Assembly (NCBI RefSeq): GCF_001194135.2
Contig: NC_069005.1
Span: forward strand, 15,418,654 to 15,482,653
Length of the DNA: 64,000 nucleotides
Reading direction: 5' to 3'
Source of the DNA: Octopus bimaculoides
Lineage: Eukaryota
Shown here: one piece after another, positions 51,711 to 64,000 of the stretch
How positions within the stretch are numbered: the stretch's first letter is position 1
How the letters are laid out: each line of letters opens with the position of its first letter
Notes under the pieces: model-generated
Databases searched by the model: none
Told to the model about the DNA's origin: nothing
What the model saw: only the letters and a program-made list of their open reading frames with translations
Position numbers and translations under genes: made by a program

Positions 51711-53853
51711 ATATATATATATATATATATATAAAGGCTACCAAATAACTATGTTTTTGGTACAACTCTATTTTACTACTAAAATAACCTCGGAAACGAG
51801 GTCAGGATGCACAATTTTGAGGCCATTTACTGATGTTTCACATTCGTCCGATGCTTCATGGATGCATAGAATTCTATTCAGACAAATATTTATGAAAATG
51901 TACACATAAATATTATATTAAAATAAGCCACAACCAAAAAAATTTCATTAAAAGACATCCATTTCTCTATATGTTATGAGGAAATGCAGTCACACTCTGT
52001 CTCGCTCTTGCATGTACATGCACACATACATACAAAAGAGATGTATTCATACGTATTTATGTGTGTGTATATGAAAGATAATGTATGTGTGTGAGAGAGA
52101 GAGAAAGAGAGAGAGAGTGAGTGCTACTTACACATACAAGAAAAAATACATACATGACAACACACACCTTCACTCACTTGCCACCCCCCTCTCTCTCTCT
52201 CTCTCTTTCATGCACATGCACACATGTCCATTTCATATACACGTACACACAGCTTTTACTTTCTGCTCTTGCTTCAAAGCAAATGCTGCCTTTTCACTTT
52301 CAATTTCTGCTTTCTCGAAAAAAATTTATGGAAATTAACAATCAATCATATGATTGATCAAATGATCAAGTTGATAACTTTGCTGCTTCAAATGAAAGAA
52401 TGCCATAAAATGACTTCCTTTAGCACACACATGCACACACACTCTAGGTAAGAATTATATTATTTCTTGCTGTGTACATGCGCAAAATTTCAGCTCGAAT
52501 CCAACTGAAATGATGTTTTTCTATTCTGTAATTTGTGTTTGTGATGAACATATTTAAAAACCTGATCTTCGATATAAACTTAAAAGGAAGTTTTCCCAGA
52601 AATCCTGTCCTTTACTTGTTGTTTCTAGCATGTCCGAGGTGAAATTTGCACCCCGACCTTATTTTTTCCTGCATTTCTTCTGATTCCTGTTTTCAATACA
52701 GGAGATTAGGATTTTGTCCAAAAAAACACGTTCTCAATATTTTAATTTTCTCCCTCCCCACCCCAATTTTTCCCTTTTTTACTGTTTTTCCAAGTTTTTT
52801 TCTTGGTAATCCATGGAGAGAAAAAAAAAGAGAGTCCAAATCTTTAAGAATTTCTTTCTTTCTTTTTTTCTTAAAGAAACACTAAAATCTCCTTCCCAAA
52901 CACCCACTCATCACCTCACCACTTTCAAAAAGCTACAAACTCAAAATGTTTCACTTTTAGCCTTTTTGAAAGTGGGGAAGTTTCTTCAGAAATAATGTTG
53001 TTTACCTGTTGTTTCTAGCATGTCGGGTCTCCTGGTGGTGATCTGGTATTTCAGTACAATTCTAGACATGCATGAAACATTAAACAAAAGTGAAATATTG
53101 GGAAGTTTTAGCTTTTTGAAAGTGGGTAGGTGATGGGTAGGCAAGGTGGGGGAAGGGGCATTGAGTGCTTCTTTAAGAAAAATTAAATTTAAACAAAAAA
53201 TATTTCCCAGATTTGTAATTTATTTTTCTACATGGATAAAAAGCAATTAACAAAAAAAGTTACAAATTAAAAAATTGCAGTGGGGATGGGGGGAAATTAA
53301 AATTCTGAAAATGTGATTTCTGGGCAAAATTGTATTAACCCCCTTTTATGCAATGAACCAAACATGGTCTGTGACCTTCTTAAGAATAGAAAGCACTTTC
53401 ATGCCAACCCATGCAAATTGTACCCTCCCCTCCTTCACTTTTAAACAAACAAGTTCCATCACACCAGTAATCCAGTTCATTATATATTAGCTGTGCCATT
53501 TCTGCCAATAAGAAAGGAAGAAATAATATAATGTGGCTGTAGGTCCATAATACTCAGGCAATGCCGGGATGCATTGCTAGTTAATAATAATAAAGAGCAT
53601 ACAAACTTGTACATCCACAAAATTTATTTTATAGTTATATACAGCATACTATATATATATATATATATATACTATTGTGTCTAGGGAGAGGCATTCTCTT
53701 TTAGTGCCTTATTAAGGCACTAAAAGAAAATGACTCTCCCCAGACACAATAGAATATGTTCCAACACATGAATTCACATAAAGAATCTTGTAAACCAAAT
53801 ACAAAAATGAAATATATATGTGTGTGCATACATTTATCAATTTGTGTTGGAAG

Positions 53854-54846
53854 ATTCCTGATGTGAAATTATGTATTGAAACAGATGTTGTATTTCAGGA
53901 TGATTGTTTCTTTTCTTTTTTTGCCAAATAAACAGTTTTCCTTTTTGTGTGTGCTCTTGTTTCACTTATTCCATTCTGCACTTCTATGATGTGTATCCTT
54001 ATGCGTGCATGCATTTGTGTCCATGTTTGTGTGTGAGCACGCGCATGTGTATGTGTATGTATGCTTGTGAGTGTGCGTGTGTCATTGCTCTTAGCAGCAG
54101 TATGGCCTTCCCCTCAGCCCCATCTTCTCACTCCATTGTGCTGCTGCTGTCCTAGGACCTGATAATATGGTACAGTTCCTGTATCTCTCTGTGTTTGTGT
54201 GTTTTCCCACAGTGTTGCAATCATGGCAGTTGTTGTTGTTATTGCCATGTTTGTCACTGCCGCTGCTGCTGTCGTTATTAGTCATGTTGATATTGTTGCA
54301 CCCATCCATGAAGTTATCGTGTATGTATGGATTCACTTCATATGTTGTTTGTATTCATACAAAGTGAACCCCTACACACACTCAATCAAACACACAATAA
54401 CTTCATGGACGGCTGCAACAATATCAACATGACTAACAACGAGAGCAGCAGCAGTGGTGACAATGATAGCAATAACAATAACTACCATGATGGCAACACC
54501 ATGGACAAACACAGAGAGATACAGGAACTGTACCAAATTATCAGGTCCTAGGACAGCAACAGCACAATGGGGTGAGAGGATGGGGCTGAGGGAAGGCAAT
54601 AATGTGGTTAAGAACAATGACACACACACACACACACACACATGGATGTAAACACATGTGCACATAAGGATACACATCATAGAAGAGCAGAATGGAATAA
54701 GTGGAGCAAGAACACACACAAAAACGAAAATTGTCACCGAAGAGGTCACAGATGTGTGACAAAAGATTTCTGGACAATGAACACGAGTTAAAATTAATAA
54801 ATGAGTGAAGAACAAATATATAGTGCATGTGTTTATTTGGCAGCAA
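53854..54846. mobile_element. Larger member of the same inverted-repeat family
   Basis: Arms 53923-54322 and 54392-54842 with a spacer of about 70 nt. Hammerhead-like motif at 54731-54777. Confidence 0.6.
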
Positions 54847-54880
54847 AAAAAAAAAAAAAAAAAAAAGACCATTCCGAAAT

Positions 54881-54931
<51 letters not shown>

Positions 54932-55577
54932 TACATATATGTATATGTATATATACATATACACACACATATATATCTTATGTGTATAGTTAGATACACA
55001 ACTACTAGTGTATGAGTTAGAGCTCCACATAGATTATCATTATCCAGTATAGTGGTTAGTCTACCGCTGTTCTTAGCGCTACTTATTATATTTAGCATGT
55101 ATGTAATAGAAAATTACGATCCAGTGTGCTTAGGCATCCAAATGCACTCGGAATATCCAATACTGAGTTCCAAATAACTGTAATAGTGGAACATATGTAG
55201 GAATTAATAATTCATACATGTGTTTATCTTAATTTTCCGATATACCATCATCATCATCATCAATTAGCATCTGTTTTCGATGCTGGCATGGGTTGGACGG
55301 TTTGACAGGTGCTGACCAGTTGAAGGGCTGTTCATGTCTGTTTTGCACGGTTTCTATGACTGTATGCCCTTCCTAATGCCAACCACTTTACAGAGTGTAC
55401 TGGGTGCTTTTTAAGTGGTACCAGCACCTATGTGCCTGCAAGATTAGGGATGCTCAGCTGAAGTGGGTCACAGGGATGAGCCTGTAGGCAGAGGCAACCA
55501 TGCTTTTACTTAGCTTGATGTGTCTTTTCAAGCACAGCAAACTGCCAGGAATCTCAGTCCCCTGTCATATATATATA

Positions 55578-56101
55578 NNNNNNNNNNNNNNNNNNNNNNN
55601 NNNNNNNNNNNNNNNNNNNNNNNNNNNNNNNNNNNNNNNNNNNNNNNNNNNNNNNNNNNNNNNNNNNNNNNNNNNNNNNNNNNNNNNNNNNNNNNNNNNN
55701 NNNNNNNNNNNNNNNNNNNNNNNNNNNNNNNNNNNNNNNNNNNNNNNNNNNNNNNNNNNNNNNNNNNNNNNNNNNNNNNNNNNNNNNNNNNNNNNNNNNN
55801 NNNNNNNNNNNNNNNNNNNNNNNNNNNNNNNNNNNNNNNNNNNNNNNNNNNNNNNNNNNNNNNNNNNNNNNNNNNNNNNNNNNNNNNNNNNNNNNNNNNN
55901 NNNNNNNNNNNNNNNNNNNNNNNNNNNNNNNNNNNNNNNNNNNNNNNNNNNNNNNNNNNNNNNNNNNNNNNNNNNNNNNNNNNNNNNNNNNNNNNNNNNN
56001 NNNNNNNNNNNNNNNNNNNNNNNNNNNNNNNNNNNNNNNNNNNNNNNNNNNNNNNNNNNNNNNNNNNNNNNNNNNNNNNNNNNNNNNNNNNNNNNNNNNN
56101 N
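55578..56101. other. Assembly gap
   Basis: N run. Confidence 1.
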
Positions 56102-56340
56102 CTGTGTGTATCAAAAATATCGCTATCAATCTGGAGTAATAATTTGTAGTTTTTGAAATCAGTAGTTCTTTGACTGCTATTTCTGAATTCTCAGTATGTT
56201 GGAGAAGCAGGTTACTGTCAATCCCTATATATTTATGATTATAAATGATTTTTACCGAAAAGGTTTTTTCATACTGAGCTACCCGGCAAAATTGTTAATT
56301 ATTAATTTTATTACTAATTGACGATTCCCTGCTCTGCATA

Positions 56341-56375
<35 letters not shown>

Positions 56376-56796
56376 GGCTCCATTCAGTTTCTGTTTATCA
56401 AATCCACTCACAAGGCTTTGGTCAGCCTGAGGCTACAGTAAAAGACACTTGCCCAAGGTTTCATGCAGTGGAACTGAACCTGGAACCATATGGTTGGGAA
56501 GCAAGCTATATGAAGTGAAGGCAAATGAGTTAGTGGTTAGGGTGTTGCGTTTAGAACTGCAAGATTGTGGTTTTGATTTGCAGCCAGGGCATCGCATTGT
56601 GTTCTTGAGCAAAGCACTTCATTTCATGTTGCTCAGTGATCATTTTGTCATTTGACATGTGGCAAGTTGTGCACCTGTACAGGTAATGTCAATTTGATGG
56701 AGAGAGAACGTTTAAGCAAACACATCCATTTGATCAATCTAAATAAATCATCTGTGTGGTTGTTCAGCACACATGTTGTTTAACAATGGGAGAGTT

Positions 56797-56836
<40 letters not shown>

Positions 56837-58155
56837 ATGTGTGTGTGTGTGTCTTTTTATTTGTTTGTCCCCACCATCCACTTGAGAGCTGGTGTTGGTT
56901 TGTTTATGTCCCCTGTAACTTAAAGTTCAACAAGAGAGACCAATGAATTAAATACCAGACTTGAAAAATTAACCCTTTAGAATTCAGATTATTACTTTGC
57001 TTTTGTATTTGGTTTGCAATATTCTTTATGTGAATTCATGTGTTGAAAGAAATTTTGTTGTGGTGTACACCGCTCCATAATGGACGAGAGAGGAGTTGCT
57101 GAAAATGTTATGAATGACAACAAAAGAACTTTGATGAATAGATAAAAAAAAAAAAGAAAAAAAGATTGTTTAACCAACAAGTTAAACAAATGATTTATGA
57201 GTTAGTTGGATAAGTATTTAACTAATTGACTAATAATGGAGGAGTAGAATTGAACAGATGCATGTGTTATTAATATTGGCAAAACGACTCTTCTTGACCA
57301 CAGCAACATTCAAATTATTCTGTTAAATATAATGCTTATTTATTCACATTGTTTTGCATTAATCATACATCATCTCATAGCTTTGATATTTTGGTGATGT
57401 GATTGCTTATTTTTAGAGTGAAATTGTAGGGTAGGTGTGTGAGACCAGTTCTGACTAGTTTTGAACATAAAACAGGTAGAATATTTGGGCCAGATGTGGC
57501 TGGTTTAAATGCTAAATGGTTATGGTCATTGTCAGTATATATATTTTTGTAGTTAAAAAAAATTTGCAATATATTCAGCTGTAAAGCAAGATTCTAAATG
57601 TATGGATTCAGTTGGCAGGGCCCTTAGCAATAATCAGGCTAAAATTCAAAAGGATACTGATATATCTTAAAGAAAATTCGTTTTGCATATTCACAAAAAT
57701 AATTATGATTGGAAATATAATTATTTAAAGGTTGTTGAGGTTCTGTTAACCATTTTAGTACCAACCTGCCTGAGACTGCCCTTGCTTCTATGTCAAAAAC
57801 TTCCTGTTTTAAATTGATCTAAATTAAAACCTTCCATAAAAATTTCATGTTGATTTATGCTTCAAACACCAGCTTAATAATGACAAAATTATTTTACTAA
57901 ACTAAATTCTTCATTATTTTAAAAATTAATCGAAACAAAGGCAGTGCATTTCAACAGAAATATAACAAAAGGATTAAGAACTCTTCATATAATTCAGTTG
58001 ATAAAATATTAGCATTAGTAGTAGTAAAAGCAGCAGTAGTCAAGGTAATAGCAGCAACTGTAGTAGAAGCAAAAGTATTATTAGTAGTATTATTAGCAGC
58101 AAGTAGAAGTATTTTATTTCCAATTTATGTTAATTGTTACAAATGAAGTTAACTA

Positions 58156-58372
58156 TGAGGGAGTGCTGAAAAGTTTCTGGCTTTAAGGGTATTGTGAAAG
58201 GTCTGGTTGAAGACCCAACCTTCTCATTTCTTTCACAGAACTTAGGAAACCTGAAAAACTGCCACAATAAGTGTGTGAATCTGAGAGGGGAATATATTGG
58301 ATAAAATCATAATTAACTGGTCCTCCTGTATTATTTTTTACCCAAAGTCAGGAACTTTTCAGCACCTCCTTG
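58156..58372 (+). mobile_element. Mariner-derived MITE
   Basis: About 29-bp TIRs (gagggagtgctgaaaagtttctggcttt), TA flanks, C-terminal relic NKCVNLRGEYIG*. Confidence 0.85.
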
Positions 58373-58490
58373 TACTTAACAATTGCTTAAAAAAAATTAT
58401 AAAATTTCCATATCTCTCACAATTATTCAGACATGCATACGTTATATATTTACACAGTATACATGGTGCATCATTATAATTACTAATCAA

Positions 58491-58518
58491 GCTTACCTGC
58501 AAGAGAAATGGTGGACAG
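58491..58518 (-). promoter_or_regulatory. Juxtaposed 3' and 5' splice signals (candidate recursive or decoy splice site) at 58497|58496
   Basis: Minus strand reads ctgtccaccatttctcttgcag|gtaagc, 86 nt downstream of the SH3 exon donor. Confidence 0.45.
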
Positions 58519-58582
58519 TATTATGGAGTTCTTTTAGACAATGACATTAAAAAAAAAAAAGAAATGATTATGAAGCATTTAC

Positions 58583-58658
58583 CTGGAACTTTTTCAACAA
58601 AATTGGATGGAACAAGGCCCTTATTTCCATTAATCAGTTCTCCTTCAAAAAATCCATC
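58583..58658 (-). CDS. RIMBP2: RIM-binding protein exon, C-terminal half of first SH3 domain ([25 protein letters not shown]+G)
   Basis: Not in the ORF track; found by reading the minus strand. Acceptor ttattcctctag, 76 nt (25 codons + 1 nt, phase 0 to 1), donor CAG|gtaaat. Peptide matches the RIM-BP SH3-1 motif [21 protein letters not shown]. Confidence 0.93.
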
Positions 58659-58741
58659 CTAGAGGAATAATATAAAAAAAAGAAAAAAATTTGAAGCTAC
58701 AAAATATAACCAACATGAAACCAAGCGAAAGAAGTAAATCA

Positions 58742-59212
58742 CACTGTGTAACACGATTTTTGTCCTTGGGTAGCAACTGTTATCTCCTATTTGCTTACTC
58801 CTAGAAAGTATGAAAAATGGCTAATATTTCCTTCAAACTTTACTTCTGTTTCTTCATGCAAACCACAAAGAATCCCTCTCAGCACATGGCAGTGATGCTC
58901 CTCCACTATTTCTGCTCATCATCAGAATGTCACTAATGGACACGCTCAACTGGTTAAGGTCAAGAAACTGATAAACAAATCTGTGGTTTTGAGCAGAATA
59001 TTTGCTATAATGATATTTCTGTTTCAGCAACTCAGTGCTGAATCTGTCTGAAACATAATGGAAAATAGGACAGTTTCAAAACATTGAAGTCCAAGTCGCA
59101 AAAGCAAAGTTTGAAGGGAATAGTAGTCATTTCCTTTGATTTCTGGATAGAAGCAAATAGGAAATAACATAAGATAAAGATAAAAAAAAGACCTAAATTT
59201 TGTTACACAGTG
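58742..59212. mobile_element. Second copy of the CACTGTGTAA-terminal element, just upstream of the SH3 exon acceptor
   Basis: TIRs cactgtgtaacacgatttt / aaattttgttacacagtg. Colinear with the reverse complement of 2887-3389. Confidence 0.7.
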
Positions 59213-59973
59213 TTATTAAAACAGAAGACATTTGATCAAAAAAATGTTAGTCAAAATATTAGGAGTCTTCCTAAGTCAGAAACCACAATTAGATTTAGAC
59301 TATTTACTGTTCAAGGAGAGGGTTGAAACACCCACACACTATCATTTGGGAAAGGACCTGCATGAAATGTCAGAAATCCCCTTCTCTTCATGGCATGCAA
59401 TCTTATCTTATTTCACAAATGTCATTTCAGAAGATGTCATTCTCAGATTGTAACCTAGCTACTTTGTCATCCTTGCAGTCTTAGTAGAGTTTTTAAACAA
59501 GAATTAGCATTGATATTATCAATTCATGACTATTTATAAAGCTACAATATCATCTCCCTCTGAATATCTTGGTGAATAGTTACTGTTAATCACTAGAAAG
59601 TGGATTGGAGAAATCAAAATATCAGTGTACCAGATTAAATGCCTTGTGGTATTTAGCTATTCAAAGTTCAAATCCCTTGAGGCTGATTGATTTCCTTTTT
59701 CACTGACTTAAGGATAATTTTTCTTTCTTACTTGTTTCAGTCATTTGACTGCAGCCATGCTGGAGCACTGCCTTGAAGTGTTTTTGTCAAACAATTCAAC
59801 CCTAGAACTCATTTTTTTAAAGCCTAGTATTTATTCTATTGGTCTCTTTGCTGAATCACTAAGTTATGGGGATATAAACACACCAAAACTGGTTGTCAAG
59901 TGATGATGGGGTGGGGTGGGGGGAGATAAACACTGACACAAATATACACATAGATATATACATACATACATAT

Positions 59974-60018
<45 letters not shown>

Positions 60019-60269
60019 CAGGCTTCTTTTAGTTTCCACCGAAGCTATAGTAGAAGATACTTGCCCAAGATGTCATACAGTGGGACTGAACCTAGAACCA
60101 TATGGTTGAGAAGCAAGCTTCTTACCACACAGCCACACTTGGGTTGGATGGTTTTGAAGTTCAGTCTACGATCATATGGTTTTGGGTTCCATACCATTTC
60201 TGGGACAAATGTCTTCTGCTATAATCTTGAGTTGATTAATACTTTGTAATAGTGGTTTAAAATTCAGGC

Positions 60270-61075
60270 ACAAAGTCAGTAATTTTAAGTGGTGGTGGTG
60301 GTGGTGGTGGGGGTTTAATCAATTACAGTAAGTCCAGTGCTCAACTGGGACTTTGTTTTATCAACCCTGAAGGGATGAAAGATAAAGTTGACCTCAGTGG
60401 TATTTGAACCCAAAATGGTATTTGAACCAGAAGAAATGCAACTATGTATTTTGTCCAGTGTGCCAACAAGTCTGCCAGCTTGCCAGAAATCTGTAATAAT
60501 GGTTTCAAATTTTAGCACAAAGCCAGTAAATTTGTGGGGAGGTATTAAGTCAATTACATTGACCCCAGTACTCAACTGGTATTTAATTCATCAACCTCGA
60601 GAAGATGAAAGGCAAAGTTGACCTGGGTGGAATTTGAATTCTGAAAGTAAAGATGGATGAAAAGCTGCTTTTTTTTTTGTCTGGCTAACAATTCTGCCAG
60701 CTTTCCCCATCCTTTCTACTATAGGCACAATGCCAGCAATTCTTTGGGAGGGAGTGTTAAGTCAATTACATTGACCCCAGTGCACAATTGGTATTTTATT
60801 TATCAATCCCTAGAGGATGAAAAGCAAAGTGACCTGGCTGAAATTTGAACTCCAAATGTAAAGACATGAAATGCTACTAAGCATTTTGTCTGGTGTGCTA
60901 ACGATTCTGCCAACTTGCCACATTCACAAGAAATCTCTAATAATCCTTTCTACTATAGGCACAAGGCCTGAAATTTTGGGGGAGGGGACCAGTTGATTAC
61001 ATCGACCCCAGTGCATAACTGGCACTTAATTTATCAACCCGAAAAAGATCAATGGCAAAGTCGACCCAGGCGGTT
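60270..61075 (-). mobile_element. Four consecutive copies of tRNA-derived SINE family B
   Basis: Repeating unit of about 210-230 bp (ccccagt...ttatcaacc...gatgaaaggcaaagtcgacc...gaatttgaactcag). Other copies at about 2247-2870, 3415-3630, 14210-14420, 24040-24240, 38530-38925, 41420-41880 and 61770-61985. Confidence 0.8.
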
Positions 61076-62123
61076 TTGAGTACTTTGGGTACTCAAATAT
61101 ATTTTTGTAATTTTCAAGGTTGTTTTGGGGTTTCCTGAATGATCCTACAGTTATAATGTACCTAAAACCAAAAATTGCCAACCAATAACCTTGACTAACC
61201 CATACCAGCACAGGAAAAAAGCAGACATAAAAATAATGTTGAAGATGTTCTTATATGTGCCATGAGTAAAAATGGTTTGGAATCACTGCTTTACATTATT
61301 CAGTGTGTATTCATTTATTGATTGCTTCACACACACAAACATGCGCTATCTTGAAACCTGAATATATTAATATATTTCCTTAATTATCACTACAAATTAT
61401 GATGGATGGCCAAGTGGACAGAGTATCAGACACTTTAATCAAAAGCTGACAGTTTGTACTCCACTACTTTGAGTTGTTTTGTCTTTGTGCTCTTTACTGT
61501 TTCTTCTGTAGTGAAATGTGGCTCTAACAGACTAGATATATACCATAGGGTGCATAGTAACACAGATGGTAATTCAACTTTTAATCTGCCATACACTAGC
61601 CTGATACATAGAAAGGTTGAGCAGTTTAGTGGTTCAAGATGCAAACTGGAAATAAGAAGAAGAGTCACAAATTCACACCTAATCCTATGCATTGTTTCAT
61701 ATTCTTTTAGTTAAGGAACATCACCTCTCAACGAAATGAGGTGATGATGATGATGATAACAATGATAATAATTCTTTCTACTATAGGCACAAGGCCTGAA
61801 ATTTGAGGGGAGGGGTAATATGATTACATTGACCCAGTAATTCACTGGTACTTAATTTATTAACCTTGAAAAGATGAAAGGCAAAGTCGACCTCAGCGGA
61901 ATTTGAACTCAGAACATAGTGGCAGATGAAATGCTGCAAAGCATTTTGCCTGGCGTGCTCATGAATCTGCCAGCTTACCCCATAATAATAATAATAATTT
62001 CTGCTGCCACTATAACAACACCCACTGAAATTGAAAAACTTTGAAATAAGAGCATCAATTAAAGGAATTGCCCCTATAGTAGATTATTTTCTCTAGCAAA
62101 TACACACACACATACATATCTAT

Positions 62124-62637
62124 CAAAATTCCGCAGCAACTTCTTTTTGGCTGATTTCCAACAGGAAGGTCAGTTGGAAGGCCACTCTTGCACTTCAAAG
62201 ACAAACTAAAAGACAACCTGAAGTGATGCAACATTCCCCTTTCTTCCTAGAAAAACAAAGCTTCAGAATGCAGGACTTGGTGCCAGTCCTGCATCTCCCC
62301 AGTTCAAAGATTTGAGCAAAGTTAATTCCAGCACCGGGACCGACTTTGTGCAAACATGAAGGCACGCTGGCAAAATGCTGCTCCTCTAAATGGAAACTTT
62401 AGCTGTCATTGTGGTTTTGTGACATGAAGCAAAGCAGGACTTGCCGTCCCCTCAAAGAAACACATAGCAAATGATCCACAAGAACTCGAGCAAACTGAGT
62501 CCTCAACTTATTCCATTTGCCAAAAGGTTTGCAAGGCAGGCCTCAAGAGACACCTATGTATCCATAGAACATGATTAATGCTTTATTTTACTGAACCCTC
62601 ATTTGGTGTTCATGACAAGAGAATCCATCATCATCAT
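62124..62637 (+). mobile_element. Different RTE-type LINE 3' end
   Basis: IPQQLLFG...GRPLLHFKDKLKDNLK, terminal Cys/His motifs (CQKVCK..LKRHL..H) and a (CAT)n tail. Confidence 0.8.
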
Positions 62638-62748
62638 ACATATAAAATATATATTCTATAGCCAATACACACACACACACACATGCATGTGTGCATGCAT
62701 GCATCCATCCGTCCGTACATACATACATACATACATACAAGCATGCAT

Positions 62749-63830
62749 GGCAGTGGCTTAACATCAAACCAAAATGCCTTTGAATGTTATATCATATCCC
62801 TTCAGCAACATCCTTTAACCAAGTGCTTCCCTTGACCAAGTTTGCATACTTGAGGCTGATAACATCATAAGACTTGGAAGGCAACTCCTTGAGCAACATT
62901 TCTTGTCTGATAACCTTAAATATATGCCCAAAGAAGTCGCACGACTCTACTGCAACATATCATCAGATGAAAGAATAAACATATATGAGCAGAAGACTAT
63001 GCATATATGAGCAGAATGTAATGTTAGGAGAAAGCTCTGAGATGAGATGATAGTAACATTGATCATCAAAGCAGTCTATCATGGACCAATAACCAGTTTA
63101 CTACCTCCCACTTTGAAGGGTATGTTTTAGCAATCCAGGAAGAGGAAATATCAACCAAGTACCTGATGCACAAAAGGGATAGAAATGCAGGAAAAGCCGT
63201 AAAATATGACATCCGATGCAGACTTTGTGGATTTAACACTGAAGATATCATCCACATCATAAGCAGTTGTCTGAAAAAGTCATTACAGTATTATCTACTG
63301 ATGAGACATGATGCTGTAGCTAGGACACTCTATAAAGAAATCCATCAGAAGGATAACCCCAAGGACAAAGAAATAAGAACCCACAATATGGTAGAAGCCA
63401 TAGCCACTCATAATAAAAAGGAATACTGGTGGAATGTACCAGTGAAGACCTCAATAAAATGTAAGCACAACAGGCCTGACATAATGATTTGAGATAGAGA
63501 AGGGAAATTGTGCACAGTTGTGGAAATTAGCTGCCCAGCAGATATTAACATAAAGCTGAAGATCAGTGAAAAAGAGAACACTTATGCTGAACTATTGAGA
63601 AATCTGCAGTTACTCTATCCGGATAATAAGTTCAGGTTTATACCTGTAATTATTGGGGCCCTGGGGTATGTAACACACTGCCTAAATATCAATCTTGAGA
63701 AATTAGGCTTCTCAAAATCAGACAGGAGAAAGCTAATTCCAATACTACAGATCCAATCCATCACTAGAACTGTAAAATTCTATAAAATGGGAATACATAC
63801 ATGAAACAAAACATACAAATCTGCACATAA
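62749..63830 (+). mobile_element. Degenerate RLE-type (R4/Dong/NeSL-like) LINE 3' fragment
   Basis: CCHC knuckle CRLCG...EDIIHIISSC, RHDAV, RPDIMI, EISCP, KISEKENTY and IPVIIGALG. Broken by stops and frameshifts. Confidence 0.9.
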
Positions 63831-64000
63831 ACACATGCATACATACATACACACATGCATACATATATACACGCATGCATACACACATGCATAATACATA
63901 CACATACGCATACATACATACATACATACATACATACATACATGCACGCACGCACACGCACACACACATACATACATACAAAAATACCCTGTTGTTGATG

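Noticed and set aside
56992-57102. Acceptor acattttcag plus phase-1 frame TPLSSIMERC...
   Set aside because: The distal half duplicates sequence at about 53761 (a repeat), and there is no phase-1 donor.
61719-61746. 9-bp hairpin containing CGAAA
   Set aside because: No CUGANGA box in the right position; too short to be notable.

Overview
AT-rich, microsatellite- and SINE-dense eukaryotic DNA with five N gaps. The repeat families look like those of an octopus genome (inference, not a database result). The window is almost entirely intron of one minus-strand gene, a RIMS-binding protein (RIMBP2/RIM-BP family, a presynaptic active-zone scaffold). Four coding exons were reconstructed from splice sites and phase: the second half of SH3-1 (58583-58658), two linker exons (30194-30343, 17986-18111) and the first FN3 exon (8498-8691). 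They join into one open frame. The introns hold a dead full-length Tc1, mariner/pogo/piggyBac-type MITEs, RTE and RLE (R4/Dong-like) LINE fragments and several tRNA-derived SINE families. The best leads are a 15-nt phase-compatible microexon (47992-48006), an AG|GT recursive or decoy splice site 86 nt after the SH3 donor, several degenerate minimal hammerhead-ribozyme-like motifs from different repeat families, and several fold-back hairpins that could be A-to-I editing substrates. Nearly all other ORF-track entries are microsatellite, gap or SINE artefacts.
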